Shown: positions 28,501 to 44,010, counted from the stretch's first letter. The stretch is DNA of 64,000 bases from Chrysomallon squamiferum (GCA_012295275.1 CM022668.1:15748001-15812000); one strand, 5' to 3'. Notes: generated from the letters alone by a model not told the origin. Numbers and translations: made by a program.

Positions 28501-30720
28501 CATCATCATCATCATCATCATCATTATTATTATTATTATTATTATCATCATACGGTTTCCATTTAATCCTCTCGTGACTGTTATTGTTGTGCGGAGTCAG
28601 ACACAAATAAAGGCGGCTACACACTAGCAAACTAATTATGACCAACTCGTGATAACATTGACGTTACTGCTTTTCATCCTTTGTGCGGCCGAACTGGGGC
28701 AAACGTTTCGTGTTTGCCGCGCACTTGTTAGAACAGCCAAACATTGGAATTACGCAGGACATAAGAAAACATACAAGTCCTCCGTACGAGATTGTTGTTC
28801 AAACAACCACAACGTTTGTTGACACACGACGACAGCGCTGACGTTTAATCTGGCCATTGTTGGCCTCTGGGAGGTGACGTTTTGTCATCGGTGTTGTCAG
28901 CGATGACGTCGTTGTTTGTTTTGTTTTTCAGTTTAATTTTCTTTTCTTTCTTTATTTTTATGGTTTTCTGATGATTTTCACTTACAATACAATCTACGAT
29001 TCACCTGTATTAAATATTTTTATTAGAGCGGAGCTATGAAATTTATAGTAGGGGTGGGTGTGTGTTAAAGTCCCTTTTATCAGAGTCTGTTACTGAGTAG
29101 TGTTAGTCATAACAACGTATTCATTTATAATACACCTAAGCAGAAATAAATACGCACACACAAGCACGCATGTGCGCACATACACATACATATAAGAAAT
29201 ATACATACATACACACATATATGCACTAATACACGCATGCACACATACATAAACACATACATACCCATACGCATGTACACATAATCATAATAGATATGTA
29301 CGTGTGTGGGTTTTGAACATAATAGTCAATATGTGTCTGTATGTTTGTCTGTCAGTGTCTCTTTGCAGTTCTAATTAGGCCAGATCTTGTTACAAACAAA
29401 GTTTACTTAGGCTTCAGCAAACAAACAAAGTATAACAATGTACTCTGTTCTGTTTGATCTTCAATATCCCTCGCCGATGACACACTGATCATTAGATTGT
29501 CTACTTTAAATCTACATGATAATCTACTTTGAATCTACTTTGAAATAGTAGTGTGTGTGATTGTTCTGATTCATCTTGTTGTTGTTGTTTCTGTTGTTGT
29601 TTATTTATTTATTTAATTATTAATTTATTTTTACAATAATGATTAGTAATAGTAGAAGTAGCAATATAAATAGTTGTAGTAGTAGTAGTTGTTGTTGTTG
29701 TTGTATTGCGATACATATATTTTACATGATTATGTAAACTAATATTGTACGTCATCAAAAGCCGGAATCGATCGAAGAGTTCCGAAGTGCATAATTACGT
29801 CAACAATGACTATTACGTCATTCAAACATCACTGGGAGCAGAAGGTTTGTATCTCGTTAGTTTTATTCTTCTAATATTATTTTTTAAAATATCGTGCGAT
29901 TAATAATGTTTCATTTCTGATAGATTATTACATGTTTAACATAAATGTTTAAAATTCAGAGATATAATTATAATTATAACGAGCAGACGAAGATTTTGTT
30001 CTTTTGCTGTTGTTCTTGTTATTTACTTCTTCACTAGGTTTTTGTCATCTTTTCGTTATTTTCATTTTATATAATGCTTCATACAGACAGCATATGAACG
30101 TATACACACACACACATATATATGTATATACAGATAGATATATGCATACATACATACATAGATACATATTTAACTAGATGCATGCACACATACACGTACA
30201 CACATACACACAAATACAAATACATACAGATATACACAAACACACACACATGTATATATATATACATACATACATATACATATATATACACACACACACA
30301 TATGCATACATACATATATATATATATATACATACATACATACATATAAATATATATACATATACATAATACATACATACAGAGATAAATGAGCACGTAC
30401 AGAAAAATAAATAAGCAGTTTGTCACATTGTATATTCTTCCAACACCCATCAGCTCATCAAATTTAGGATTATCGACGTCGTGCCGTTGTTACGTCGTCA
30501 ACCACATCGTGTACCTCTCGTTTTAACCTCGGACCTTTGTGCACCCTGACAAGTGTATTCTTCTCTCTTTATTTTCTCCCTTCACAGCCGAGCTCCGGTC
30601 CTGCTTGAAATTTGATAACGTCAGATCAAAGAGATAGGGGTGCTTGGCAATTTGTCGGATCGCTTCACATGAAATATTTAATACAGATTTTTACATCACG
30701 CAAAACGACATAGGTGTGCT

Positions 30721-31110
30721 CGGGTCTGGTTTGGTTTTGTAGAGCGTTTAGAGAAGGTTGTCTCTGTATTGAGAAATGTGAAGAGATTTTAGGAAGATAT
30801 TTTTATTCAGAAGAGGCGTATTAATTATATCTTTTTGCGTTCAGATATGGCGCGATGTTTTAGAATATTGCTAGGAGGTTGTGTTTGTGTAGAGAAATGC
30901 CACGCGGTTTTAGAATAGTTGTGTTCAGGATAGTCATATGTGTAATTTTTTTTTATAGAGAAGCTTGTTATGTTCGGGTATGGCGCTGCATTTCAAAACG
31001 CTAAGTTGAAGGTTGTGTTTGTTAAATACAAAATGAGGAGGTTTTCTGAAAATTTGTGTTCAGTACAGGCTTGTTTTAGTCTTTATAAAGAAAGTTGTTC
31101 TGTTAGAATC
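30721..31110. repeat. Degenerate 3-copy ~120-135 bp tandem repeat
   Basis: Units start at about 30721 (cgggtctgg), 30842 (cagatatggcgc) and 30976 (cgggtatggcgc). Each contains gRaggttgtStYtgt..aaatg...tttt..ttcag. Confidence 0.6.
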
Positions 31111-31148
31111 TCGATCTAGTATCTTGTAGGGTTAATAAAAGAAGATAA

Positions 31149-31237
31149 GTGTGTGTGTGTGTGTATGTGTGTATGTGTGTGTATATGTGTGTGTGTATAT
31201 GTGTGTGTATATGTGTGTATGTGTATATGTGTGTGTA

Positions 31238-31275
<38 letters not shown>

Positions 31276-31331
31276 TATGTGTGTGTATATGTGTGTGTAT
31301 GTGTGTGTGTGTGTGTGAATGTGTGTGTGTG
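31149..31331. repeat. (TG)n / (TGTA) compound microsatellite
   Basis: Direct reading. Another pure (TG)n lies at about 57213-57284. Confidence 0.95.
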
Positions 31332-31440
31332 TTTTAGTATATGTTAGGATGTTTATTTGAATCTTTAATTAATGTAAGCCTGATATTAATATTATAAAAT
31401 ATCTGGAAGAATTAATAGTAAAATATATATATATATACAC

Positions 31441-31485
<45 letters not shown>

Positions 31486-31756
31486 AAAGAATGAAAGAGA
31501 AAAGCAAACAAAAATGAAAGTTAAAGGAAAACGAGGCGCAGAATAATTACAGTGTAGAAGGGTACATGCTGCATGCTTCACTTGGTGGGAAAAATAAACG
31601 AGTAGTGAGACCATTAACTGAAAGAGTGCGTTTGAGCGGTCTTTTCAGTGCATCATTTGAATGCTTTCTTTTTCTTACTTTCTTTCTTTCTTTTTTTTTC
31701 TTTTTTTCCCACTTAATTGTAGTTTTTATTCTTCTCTTCTTCTTTTATTATTTATC

Positions 31757-31808
<52 letters not shown>

Positions 31809-31910
31809 AGTAGTAGTAGCAGCAGTAGTTAATCGCTTTTGTCATTTTCTTCTTTTTTGTTTTTGTTTTGATAAATTCTCCTAGATAAATATACATACAA
31901 ACAGAGAGAG

Positions 31911-32119
<209 letters not shown>

Positions 32120-32410
32120 GAAACAATATGCATTGTTGAGTAGTGTAAAGAATCTGAGGTTAAATTTGAGGTTAAATTATTGACATTAATTCGCAGAGTG
32201 CCTGATTAAGAACTTGTGAAGTTAATAACTTCAGATTACTTCATTAAATAATTATTTACCTTTACCAAGGCCTCAATTTTTAATGAGTATAATGTAATCC
32301 GGGATGAAAATCGTCATATAACAGTTAGCCAGATGTCAAGAAAAGAATCGGTATTGAATGGAATAGTAAAACGTTTAGTTTCAAATTCTATTTTGTTTTG
32401 TTTTGGATGT

Positions 32411-32449
<39 letters not shown>

Positions 32450-32619
32450 TTGTTGTTGTTATTTTAGTTATCAAACTAATTTGATATAATAAAAAAGGTC
32501 ATTCTCATACTGAAAAACAAATTTCAGGAGCGGAATCCATGTTTTTAGAAAGAAGGCTTCCATTACGTTGGCTATAGCTTTGTAGATATAATGAGATTTA
32601 TTACAAAGAAAACGTTACC

Positions 32620-32690
32620 ACGAAATCGCTCAGTGGTTAAGACGTCTAGTTTTGGAATGGTAGGTATCGAGTTCAATCCCAGACACCGTT
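32620..32690 (+). mobile_element. Decayed tRNA-derived SINE head / tRNA-like pseudogene
   Basis: A-box-like TCGCTCAGTGGTTAAG and B-box-like GAGTTCAATCCC at tRNA spacing, with no intact cloverleaf. Confidence 0.55.
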
Positions 32691-32840
32691 AGTAACAAAT
32701 AATGATAATTATCACATTCAGACTTTCTCCTTTTTTTTAAACTCGTTTTCTGACCCACGACTGCATCTCCACAAAATACTCAGAGGAACTTACAGTGAAT
32801 AAAAGTACAAATCAACTTTGTTGATTTCATTTAATCAAAC

Positions 32841-32876
<36 letters not shown>

Positions 32877-33169
32877 ATTCTGAAGTTGACTAATTATGTC
32901 AAAAATCTTTCAAAACCAGCGAAGCATCGAAGAATAACGCTTGAAACATTTATTTGATATTTGTGAAAGGTTGATATAATTTTACCGTTTTTAAAAAGGA
33001 ATCGGAAACTCTGGTTTCACTCTGATCGATCCGTCAGTTCAATACGTCACAGTTTTAAATAAAACATTTCAAAAATAATGTTGAACAAAAGAAAACCGAT
33101 GTTAGATCTATTGGATTTTTTATGCACGGACAGTTTTTCGAAATAAATGAATTCGAAGAACTAATAATC

Positions 33170-33204
<35 letters not shown>

Positions 33205-34434
33205 TATAATAATAATAATTATAATAATAATAGTGATGACGACGATAATGATGATGATAATGATAACAGTATTGACCATAATGATGATAACTATGATGGT
33301 GATAATGATAATGATGATTATGTTGCTGCTGACAAAAATAGTAGTAGTAGTAGTAGTAGTAGTTGTAGTAGCAGAGGTAGTAGTAACAATAACAATAATA
33401 ATTCTGTTTCTATTCTAACAGAGAAACGTTTTCTAATTTAATTCACTCATCGACGAAACTATTGTAAAATTCTTTTCTTAAAATATTTTTATTTTAGACT
33501 CTTTTATTTATAAACCCATTCACATGACTGATTTTTCAGTAAACTTTAATTTACACATGAACCAACAGAATAACAGCAGCAGAATAAAAAAATGTGTTGT
33601 ATTTATTTTCTATCTATTATTTAAATGTGTATAAAATTTGCGTATCATTACCGGTTGATATGATAGTTGCGTTTATGTTTGATTAAATAACTATGAATTA
33701 GGACTGAGAATAGCTATATACAAAGTGGTATGTACCCAATGAATGAAGGAAGAAAGGAAGGAAGGAAGGACGGAAGGAGATACTGAATGAATGGATGGAT
33801 GATGGAGATCGAATAAATGAATGACTGAAGTAATGACCAAACAAAACAAAAAAGAAAAAAAAAAAAAAAATTACAAAGAAAAAAATGAGTATGTGAATGA
33901 GCGCATGAAACAGTAAGTAAAATAACAGACAAGTGAATGAATGAATGAATGAATGAATGAACTAATACATGATGGAGTGAATGGATAACTGAATGAATGA
34001 ATGAATAAAGAAAGGAAAAGAACAAGATGTATTATTAATTATTATTAAGGTTTATAACAATAATAACGTGTAGATTACTATTACCAGTTATTATTACCAA
34101 GTGAAATTTTAAAGACTTTGATAAATCAGTTACGGAGCTATGGCTGGAATGGGAAACAGACTAAAAGAAGGACTGAGAAGGGTTGAACCTGCAGGTAATT
34201 CTCAGCTCGGAGACACAAAGCCACTGAACACCAAAGCTCTACGTCTGCTATCTTCAACAACAGTTTACTTAATACGTCTGTTTTCGTGTTGCTGGCGTAA
34301 TCATGTGTTTGCACGTGTGTGTGTATGTGTGTGTGTTTGTTCGTTTGATTCTGCTTTTAGTAAAACCTTGTCGACGTTTATCTCTTTTCTTGTTGTCGTT
34401 TCTCTCTATTTCTTTTTTCTTCGTCTTCCCCACC

Positions 34435-34532
<98 letters not shown>

Positions 34533-36759
34533 CCTCTTTGTCTCTCTGGCTATTTTTTTTTTTTTTTTTAAAACGTTAGAAAGGAATTTTTGTAATTCCC
34601 TTGAACAAATAATGAAAACAAAAACCGAAAAAAACAAAGGAAGAAAAAAGAAAAAAAAAAAAAAACAGAATGAAAGAACTTTCCGAAAATAAGAAACTAC
34701 GAAAACAGGCTTCAGCTTATGACCGAGTCACGTGGACAGCCGGAAGGGAAAGTTACTTCCGATTTGCATAAAGCAAATGGATAAGGGAGCTTATGAACAA
34801 TAGATAATTGAATTTTTACTCCAATCCCAACAAACTTGCACAGTGTCTCATTAGGTCTTGTTTTGCTTAAATCAGAACACGTTTTCAGTGTCACGAAATT
34901 TTCCGATCTTTAAAGAGAAATAAACCAGTTGTTTTTCCACGAGAGAATTAAAAAAAAAAGACAAATACTTTTTTTTCTTCTTCTTCTCGCTCTTTTTATT
35001 TTCTTTTTCTTTTTTTAATTTCGTAACAATTAAAAATACTCTACAAACTGAATTAAAAGTGGATGGGGTTTTTTTGTTTGTTTGTTATCTGTCTCGGGTC
35101 ATGGCATTCAGACAGAAAGTGACCCGGTACTTTTTTTTTTTTTTTTTCTTTCTTTACGAAACCTTAATACTCGAAAAGAAACCTCACAATCTGTTCGATT
35201 TCTTTCTCTTTCTTTCTCTCTCTCTCTCTCTTGCCCCCCCCCCCACTTCTTTTTCCCTGTATTGTTGAAAGACTGCACCGGGCCCGTGCCTCTGGCGAAA
35301 CTCCCAGAATAACGTCAGCTATAAAGAAATTGTATAATGACAGCGACATAAGCCTTCCTTGCTAGCGAGCGAGTTTGGGAAAGCACATGGCGTGTATAAA
35401 CACTGCGTGCTGGTCCGAGCCGAGAAGAGAGTTCGGTTTAGCGCTCGCTTCACTGACTATCAAAGTGCATTCTTGGCTTTTGAGTGAGAGAGAGAGAGAG
35501 AGAACATCATAAGCCTGTTTTCATAAGAGCGAGGTCAGAAATTAATCAAATTTAGGATTGTGTTTTTGACCGGAATGCCTGCGTTTGTGTTGTTTGGTGG
35601 TGATGGTGGAGAAAGGCGACTTTTTGCCTCGCTAAGTTTAGAATGTGTGTGTGTTTTACATGTTTCAGTTTAATAAACTGCCGTTTTGTAACTGAAAGGA
35701 ATCTTCTGATTGTCCTGTAACTCTTCCAAAACTATCTCTTGGCTTATATAAAAAACAAAAAGTAAATATATAAATAAATAAAGTAGAAGTAGTAGAAGTA
35801 GTAGTAGTCGTGATGGTGGTGGTAATAGCAGTACTAGTAAGAAGACGAAGACGAAGGTGAAGACAACAAGAACAAGAAAAGCTAACAAACTAACTAATTA
35901 ACTAACTAACTAACTAACTAAATAAATAAATAGACATCATTATTTTCAATGACTTTGGGAAAGACTGAATTTTACAAAGCGTTTCTCTGTATTCAAATCA
36001 TTTTCATTGTCGTCATAATTGCTGCTGCTGTTGTTCTTGTTGTTAACGTCAATGTAGGCTCCATTTTTTGTTATTTCCTTTTTTGTAACAGATGTAACTC
36101 GGGTGTAGAAAATAGTATTTTAAAAATTATATGAACAGCAGATGTGAAAATAAATTTGAAAGTAAACTTTTAGTAGTTTAGACTTATCCCAAGTTTATAG
36201 ATTCTGTAAAAATGAGCTGAATTTAATTTTGATTTTAAATTGTGATATTACAATCTTTATCCTTCAGTGAACGAGCAGTGTTTATTTTTATTTATTTTTT
36301 AAATTAAAATAATAATAATTAAGAAATTTACTGTAAAGTACAAATAAATAAATAATCTATTAAGTAATATAAATAAATACATAAACGATATTAAATAACG
36401 TAAAATAAAATTAAGAGACAAAATTACGCAATAAATATTTGAAGTAAAAATTTAAATACTGAAAGAACAAACAAAAAACTCAGAAAACAAAAACAAAGCA
36501 ATAATATCAATATTTTCTTCTTGTACTTTATATTTATTTAAAATTTATATATATATATATATATAGCTATAAAATGTCATAATGTGTTCATTTTTAATTG
36601 ATTTTCTTTTTTCTTCTTCTATTTTTCATGTATATACTAAATTTATTTATTCACTATGAAGAAAATAAAAAATATGATTATTATTGTAATATTTTTTAAT
36701 TCAGAGTTTATGTTAATATTATTTTTCAAAAAAGAAAAGAAAAAAAGAAATGTGTAATA

Positions 36760-36790
<31 letters not shown>

Positions 36791-37598
36791 ATTTATTATT
36801 ATTATTATTGTTGTTGTAGTTGTTGCTATTAATATTATTATTATTGTTGATGTTGTTGTTGTTGTTGTTGCTATTAATATTATTATTGTTGATGTTGTTG
36901 TTGTTCTTACTTTTATTACTTTACTTCAGATGTGCACTATAAAAATCTATACTAAAAAAAAAAATAAAAACTATTATAGAAAAAAAAAAAACATGTTACA
37001 AGCGGTCTCATTCATTAAAATCCACACAAAAATCATGTCAGATCTGGGGGGGAGAGTGCACCGGACAACCCACCCCTATTCATCCCGCCTTGCTTTCTCC
37101 TCGTCATAATTCAGCATCTCATTTCATCTAAAAAGTCGTTCAGCGTCGCGAACAACCCCGCCCCTCTTAAATCTGGAACGGCCCCTAAAACTACAAAAAC
37201 GTTTTATCACAAAGAGAAAGGTAAGTGCGCAGCTGTCTCAACCACGCTAACGAAACAGATAAACGTTAACCCTTGATCTCCCAAGACACTTGCTACAAAG
37301 CGGTCTAACTCGGTGGTACAAGCGAAAGTTTTCCCGTTGATGTTTTGAAAGTCTTTAAGAAGTTGTGTTTGGTTTGGTTTAGTATGAAGAGTTATTAGCT
37401 CGAGAAGATTAAATTTTAGTAGCCAGGGCGAAGGGATGTTTACGTTTTGTTTGTTTCTGTTTAGATGACGTGGGTTTTGTTGTTGTGGTTGTTGTTGTTG
37501 TTAGTAGAAATGGATATAATAGTAGTGATAGAAGTAGTAGTAGTAGTTGTTGTCGTTGTAGAAGTATTTATGGTCATTTAAATGAAATTTTGTTTATT

Positions 37599-37656
<58 letters not shown>

Positions 37657-37989
37657 TATTATTATTATTGTTGTTGTTGTTGTTGTTGTTCTTGATATTG
37701 TTGTTGTTATGTTAAAAAGAATATGTTCAATTAAGAAATTATATTTTCACTCGATATATCAAGAAAAAATAAAAAAAAAATTAAATAAAAGAAAATATAA
37801 AAAGGAAAGAAAACTAAAAAATCTAAAGAAATGTTTAAAGATTAAAAAGAAAAGAAAAGAAAAAAATCGAGAAGAAAATTTGTAAATAAAATATATGTAA
37901 AAAAAACAACAACTAAAGAACAATAAAAAAATTTGAAAAAATGTTTCAAGAAAAAAAGAAAAAACAAACAAAAGAAAAAATCAAAAAAA

Positions 37990-38660
37990 TCCGGTTATCT
38001 TAAGTTAAAACTTTTGTCAGATTAATTTTAAATTTTAAATCTAAAAGCTGTCGTATCAAAAATTTATATTAAAACAGAAATTTCAAATCAGAAACTTATC
38101 TTAAAAAAATAAAATTTTATATCAGATTTGTTTAAACATTAGACCAGAAACTTAGATTAATTCTTATTAACTTCATTAAAACAAGAATAATATCAGAAAT
38201 GTATCTTAAAATAAAGCTTCAGAATTATCATAATGTGATAAAATTTTACGTTAAAAATAAACAAAAATAATTAAAAAAGAACTTTACTTCAATATCACAC
38301 ACTTTTCTTTTAGGAATGTATTTTAAATTAAAACTTCGTATCATAACATGAAGTTAAATAATATTTTTTATCATAATCTTCAAATAAAGTTTATTTCAGA
38401 ATCTTATCTTAAAGTAAAATTACATATCAGAAAGTTAAAACTTATCAAAACTGTAAGTTAAATAATTTTTTGTATCCTTATCTTAACTTGGCTTATGATA
38501 AACTGAAGGTCATATTCAAACACCATTTTTTTTTTTATCAGAATCTGAAATTAAAAAATTCAAATCAGAACTTTTGCTAAAATATTTTTATATTATATTT
38601 TTAATTTACTTAACTAGAAGATATTTAAAGATTATTTGTCTGATTTCAGAATATAATTAT
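37990..38660. repeat. Degenerate ~30-33 bp AT-rich minisatellite
   Basis: Recurring tatcagaaa.ttatcttaaaataaaa.tt units. Confidence 0.65.
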
Positions 38661-39607
38661 TTAAAATCTATAACGATTTATTATTATATGCATTCTTTTA
38701 TTATATGAATAAAATTTGTTATTTAAGATTTTGTGAAAATTCATATCAAAATTTTTAGTAACAGAAGTTTCGTGGGAAATAAAATAAAATCTATGATTAA
38801 TAAGAATTTTAAAATAATTTTTGTTGTCATTTAGAAGTTCTGCTAAAAAACAAAACAACAACAACAAAAAAAAAACATACAGATAATGTAGACAAGAGAA
38901 ATAATCTTAGAAAACATTTAAAGAAAAAATATAATCAAGTTGTAAATAAATAAACAAATAAATAAATTTATAAGTTAGGTAATAAGCAACCCTGAAACTA
39001 TATGAAAAAAGTAACCTAAAAGTCAGTAAATAAAATAAAATAAAATAAAATAAAATAAAACAAAACAAAACAAAAAGATCCAACAACAACAATAACAACA
39101 AAAAAAAAAAAATTCTGTAAAGCTGGGATTGACATATGAATCAGTATGTTATATATAATTCTATCAAGATAAAGCCTGGTATTGCCAAACCAAATAATAA
39201 TAATAAAATAAATAAAAACACGCTTTACTGATATCATTTCATCTGCAAGTATTAACATAAACACGACTTTAAATCCAGTGTGAAATAAAATATGCCAGTG
39301 GCTTCAGTTCGCTGTAGTAAAGTAATGAAAAAATAATTATAAATTACATCTCTGTTTTTCCCGGGTCGTGACTAATATGCATTTATTGATACAATACTCT
39401 GGCAAAATCTTCTCTTTTTTTTCTTCTTTTTTTTATAGATATTTGTGTTAATTGTTAGATATCTATATGTAATATATAAGTAAGTAAGTAAGTAAGTAAA
39501 TAAATAAATAAATACGGATTTAGATTTTAGTTTTAAGTTCATTTTAAACTGAATAGTTTTAAAAAAAAAGTAGATTTATGTCGTTTTCTATATTACAGTT
39601 TTGTTGT

Positions 39608-39677
<70 letters not shown>

Positions 39678-39698
39678 GTCTTCAAACATCAATCAATA

Positions 39699-39771
<73 letters not shown>

Positions 39772-41779
39772 TCTATAGTTCATTTGAAATGTCTTCATAG
39801 TGCATCATAAACCCTTCAGTGCCATAATATGACAATACAATTTATAAATATAATAGTTTTAATTATCTGCATTGCCATTTAACATTAACTAAATAAATAA
39901 TAAGCATTTTAAGATCAATAATCTTCTAGGCTTGAATTTTCGTGTATCACTAAATTATATTTTACTTGTTATCAAATATTTTTCAAGGATCAAAAACCAG
40001 TAGTCTACACTGCAAGAGTAACGTTTTATAATACCAACAGATTGATTCAGTAGATCTTTAAATAAACAGTTACAATACGAATCATGATAGGAATGTAACA
40101 AAGAGAATAAAGTTAAAAGATACTGAATATGCATGAATATATACTTTTATTCGTTTTCTTTCTGTTTTTCCTATCTTTATTTCTTTAATCTGCATTTTTT
40201 CTTTTAAATTATTTATAAACATATTTAATCTAATTTAATATGCTGACACTGCTTTATTACTAATTTTTTATTTATTTGTTTTTAATGTTTTATGTTTTTT
40301 TTTTTTACTGAATATTGCCAGTTTAACAATGTAATTAACAATTACTTTACTGCATAGAAAGAACAATTACAATAAATAAATGTATTCATTTATTTATTTG
40401 CTTTCACCTTATTCTTTTTAATAAAATAATAATAATAATGTTTTTATTACAATATATTATTAGGAATCTTTATTGAACTTGATTGAACTTAAATAAATAA
40501 ATAAAAACAAAGTCCTATAATAACTACAAAGATTAGAAAAATAATCTAAATAATGTTATTTTAATTTATTCTTATTAATAGTTTTAATTTATTATTATTA
40601 TTATTATTAATTATTTTATTTATTTATTTATTTATTTTTATTCATACTGACATCCTTCTTGAGTTCTATATCTTCTTTTTTATTATTTATTTCTTCATTT
40701 AACAAACAAGCTTCACAAAATCTATCATTTACAATTACAAATGAAATTTGAAAATAAAATAAATAATATTTAAAATATTTATCTTCATCTTCTTTTTTTT
40801 ATATATATTAAAATTCACCTATTTTTAAACTTCAAATTCAACTATCTCAAAGTCAGTAATATTAAACTTCATTTACTTTTAAACCAGATTCTGATTTACA
40901 CTTTTCTTAGTCACTCTGATTCAGAATTATTCTGAGAACAAAGAAAATTGTGTTTCTATCTCGGCTTCAAGTACAACGGTAAAACAATTCGTTTACTGTT
41001 GTTCTACGCTGTTAAATCAGTACATAAGTACTTATTTCTTTACACTTCCCAGTATACTGACTATATAACATTATAACTGTGTATTACATTAAGTTTTACA
41101 TTATATAAATACGTTTGTTATTTATCACTTTGGCTGTATGTTAAATCATAGAACGTTATAAATACATTGTTACTTTACGTGTTAACTTTTACTTCAAATG
41201 TAAAACGGCAACAGTAATAACCGTTTGTTAGGTTGTGCTTTGACAGTGTTTTAAAAGTTGAGGACTAAATTTATTTGTTTTATATTTTAATTTACGTTAT
41301 AGTAGTAGTACACTAAATGGATAAATAAATATATTGTTTGTTTTTCAGTTTGTTTCTTTTTGCATTATTTATTTATTTGTTTATTTATGTTTGTTTTTTG
41401 TTTGTTTGTTTGTTTGTTTATTTATTTTTATCTATAATGATTGTTTTCTTATTACATCTAAATATAACAATAGAAAGAACTTTATTATTTATGTTTTAAT
41501 AATAGCATTAAAAAGGTAACTGTTATTTAATAGTGCATTAGGTAAAACCACTATTATTACTTGTAATCTGTAGTAAAAATATACTTTAAAAAATAAAGTA
41601 AAAATAAAATATTAATTTTTTTAATGACATTATTGATTTGTGTAAAAAATTAAAATTTGGATTAAGATGCATGTTTGTTATCAATAATTTTCTTATTTTT
41701 TAAATTCAGTTTTTAATCTCTGTCTATCTCTCCACGATTCATTTTGTATTTATTTATTTGTTTAGTATTCTTCCCAAAA

Positions 41780-41905
41780 ATAACAAAATAACAAAATAAA
41801 CAAAAATAAATAAAATAAATAAAATATAATAAATATATTAATAAATAAATAAATAAAATATAATAAATATATAAATAAATAAATAAATAAAATATAATAA
41901 ATACA

Positions 41906-41949
<44 letters not shown>

Positions 41950-42140
41950 AAAATAATAAATAAATAAATAAATAAAATATAATAAATACATACATAAATA
42001 AATAAATAAAATATAATAAATAAATAAATAAATAAATAAATAAAAAATAAATAAAACATAAAAATAAAATAAAATATAATAAATAAATAAACAAACAAAT
42101 AAAATAAAATAAACTAAAATAAAATAAAATAAAATAAATA
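41780..42140. repeat. (AAAT)n compound microsatellite
   Basis: Direct reading. It is representative of dozens of (AAAT)n, (AAT)n, (ATC)n, (AGT)n and poly-A/T tracts across the window. Confidence 0.95.
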
Positions 42141-42352
42141 GAATGGAAAAGAAAAAAAACGCGTGCATCAGTGTCATATTATCTGGGTGAGACACCTACA
42201 CCAAATGCCCTCCATAATCAAACACACCCCCCCCATCAGGTTATATTAAATAACGTAAATGTAATCCATGAAATTTGAGAACACCAATGAAAAAAAAAAA
42301 GAAGCAAATTCGTCTTCACATATGTCTTTATAACAACAGTACACGCAGACAT

Positions 42353-42534
42353 TCATGGGCGGATCTAGAGGGGGAGGGGGGCATCATAATAATAATATTA
42401 CGTACTGTTCTTGTCCAGTATATTTTAAAATGTGTACAAGGATATTTAAATTATAAACAAAAGAAGTGACCCTATAGATTAAAGAAAAAAAAAAAAAAAA
42501 AAAAAAAAAAGAATAAGAAAAGATCCGCCCATGA
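42353..42534. mobile_element. MITE-like non-autonomous DNA element with 14-bp perfect terminal inverted repeats
   Basis: TCATGGGCGGATCT (42353-42366) and its exact reverse complement AGATCCGCCCATGA (42521-42534) bracket about 155 bp of non-coding sequence. A G-rich tract follows the left TIR. Confidence 0.7.
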
Positions 42535-42551
42535 TAGTACAGATGGAATTA

Positions 42552-42606
<55 letters not shown>

Positions 42607-43680
42607 TTATTATTATTCATTATTGTCTTTGTACATTTAAAAGAAAGAAAAAAAAAATATATATACATATATTGTTTATTGTCTCTATCACCCATTGAAC
42701 TTTTTTTTTTTTTTTTTTTTTTAAACTTTTCTTTGTTATGAATCCATTCTTACTGAAAAAGAAGAAGAAAACAAAAAAACTGATTTAGTGAATGTTAAAT
42801 AAACTTATAAACATTACAAATGGTTTTATGTTAAACTGTACACATTCGTATTTACATTACAACATACAAAAACAATAATAGTTTACGAAATCTTCGTTGC
42901 CATGGTAATTGTGAGTGCGTTGCTCTCTCTTAGGGATGAAATATTTGTTTGTTTGTTTGTTTGTTGTTGTTTGTTTTTTTCTTTTCTTTATAATATTGTT
43001 AATAAAGATCCCTAAAGAAAATAATAAAACCCGTTTGTTCTGAAAAATGTTTCCATTTTTCATGAAAAGGCTGGTTAACAGACAGATCTAGCGATTTTGA
43101 CTGAAATTGTTTTTGTTTTTTTGTTTTTTTTTTTTTTTTTTTTTATCGCTGTTATCATTTTGCTTGTACCAAGTCGCACTGAATGCGTCCTCCATTTTGA
43201 CGAGAAAAAAAAAAAAAAAACAGTTGAATTATGAACAAATTGTATGAACACTACTGTCATGCTTGAGTAGATTTCCACATTCGTCATCACTTCACGGCAT
43301 CCAATATTCATCTTTCGTTCGTGTTTATCCTTCGAAAATCCTGAAAGATTATCCACGTATTAACACAATCCACGCGATTATAACAAAAGGTTGATTTCTT
43401 TTTTTTAATTATTATGTCAGTTACGTTTTTTCTTCTTTTGCTGTTGTTGGTTAATTGTTTTCTTTTTTCTTTTTTTTTCATTTCTACCCGTGCACTGAAC
43501 TGCAGAAATAAATAAATAATAAATTTATGTATTTTTGGGGGGATTTATGTTGGTTTATATATGGCCATCATTGTATGATTATAATTTTTTTTTTTTTTTA
43601 ATGAGCCGTTCATTATTTGTAATTTTGAACATCCGCCATCTTTTCTGACTGATTCTCTCATCAAGGAAAATGAAAATGGA

Positions 43681-44010
43681 CCTGAGATTTTGAAATTCTT
43701 TGTTTTTAAGGTTCCATTAAGGTTTCCTGTTGTTTTTAGTTATTTCCTTCTTTGCTATCTGGGCACTCACAAAAGAAATCTCCGAACATTTTCTCAGCTT
43801 TCAAGATCTTTGTGTGTGAAGAAGATTCTGTTATTATTTTTGTTGTTTTTTCGATATTTCCTTCGTAATATACCTGAGCACTCGTGAATGAAAATAAAAA
43901 AAACTGATCTTCTGAGCTTTCGAATTCTTTGTTTTTTAAAAACAAATTTCCATCGTCTTTCGTAATTTCTTACACTAGTTTTGAGCGCACCATCAACACA
44001 GAGAGAAAAT
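43681..44010. repeat. Degenerate 3-copy ~110-120 bp tandem repeat in proximal fzd5/8 3' region
   Basis: Units start at about 43681 (cctgagattttgaaattctttgttttt), 43791 (tctcagcttttcaagatctttgtgtgt) and 43911 (tctgagctttcgaattctttgtttttt). They share an internal block resembling tgttgttttt..tatttccttc...ctgRgcactc, most decayed in unit 3. Confidence 0.65.
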
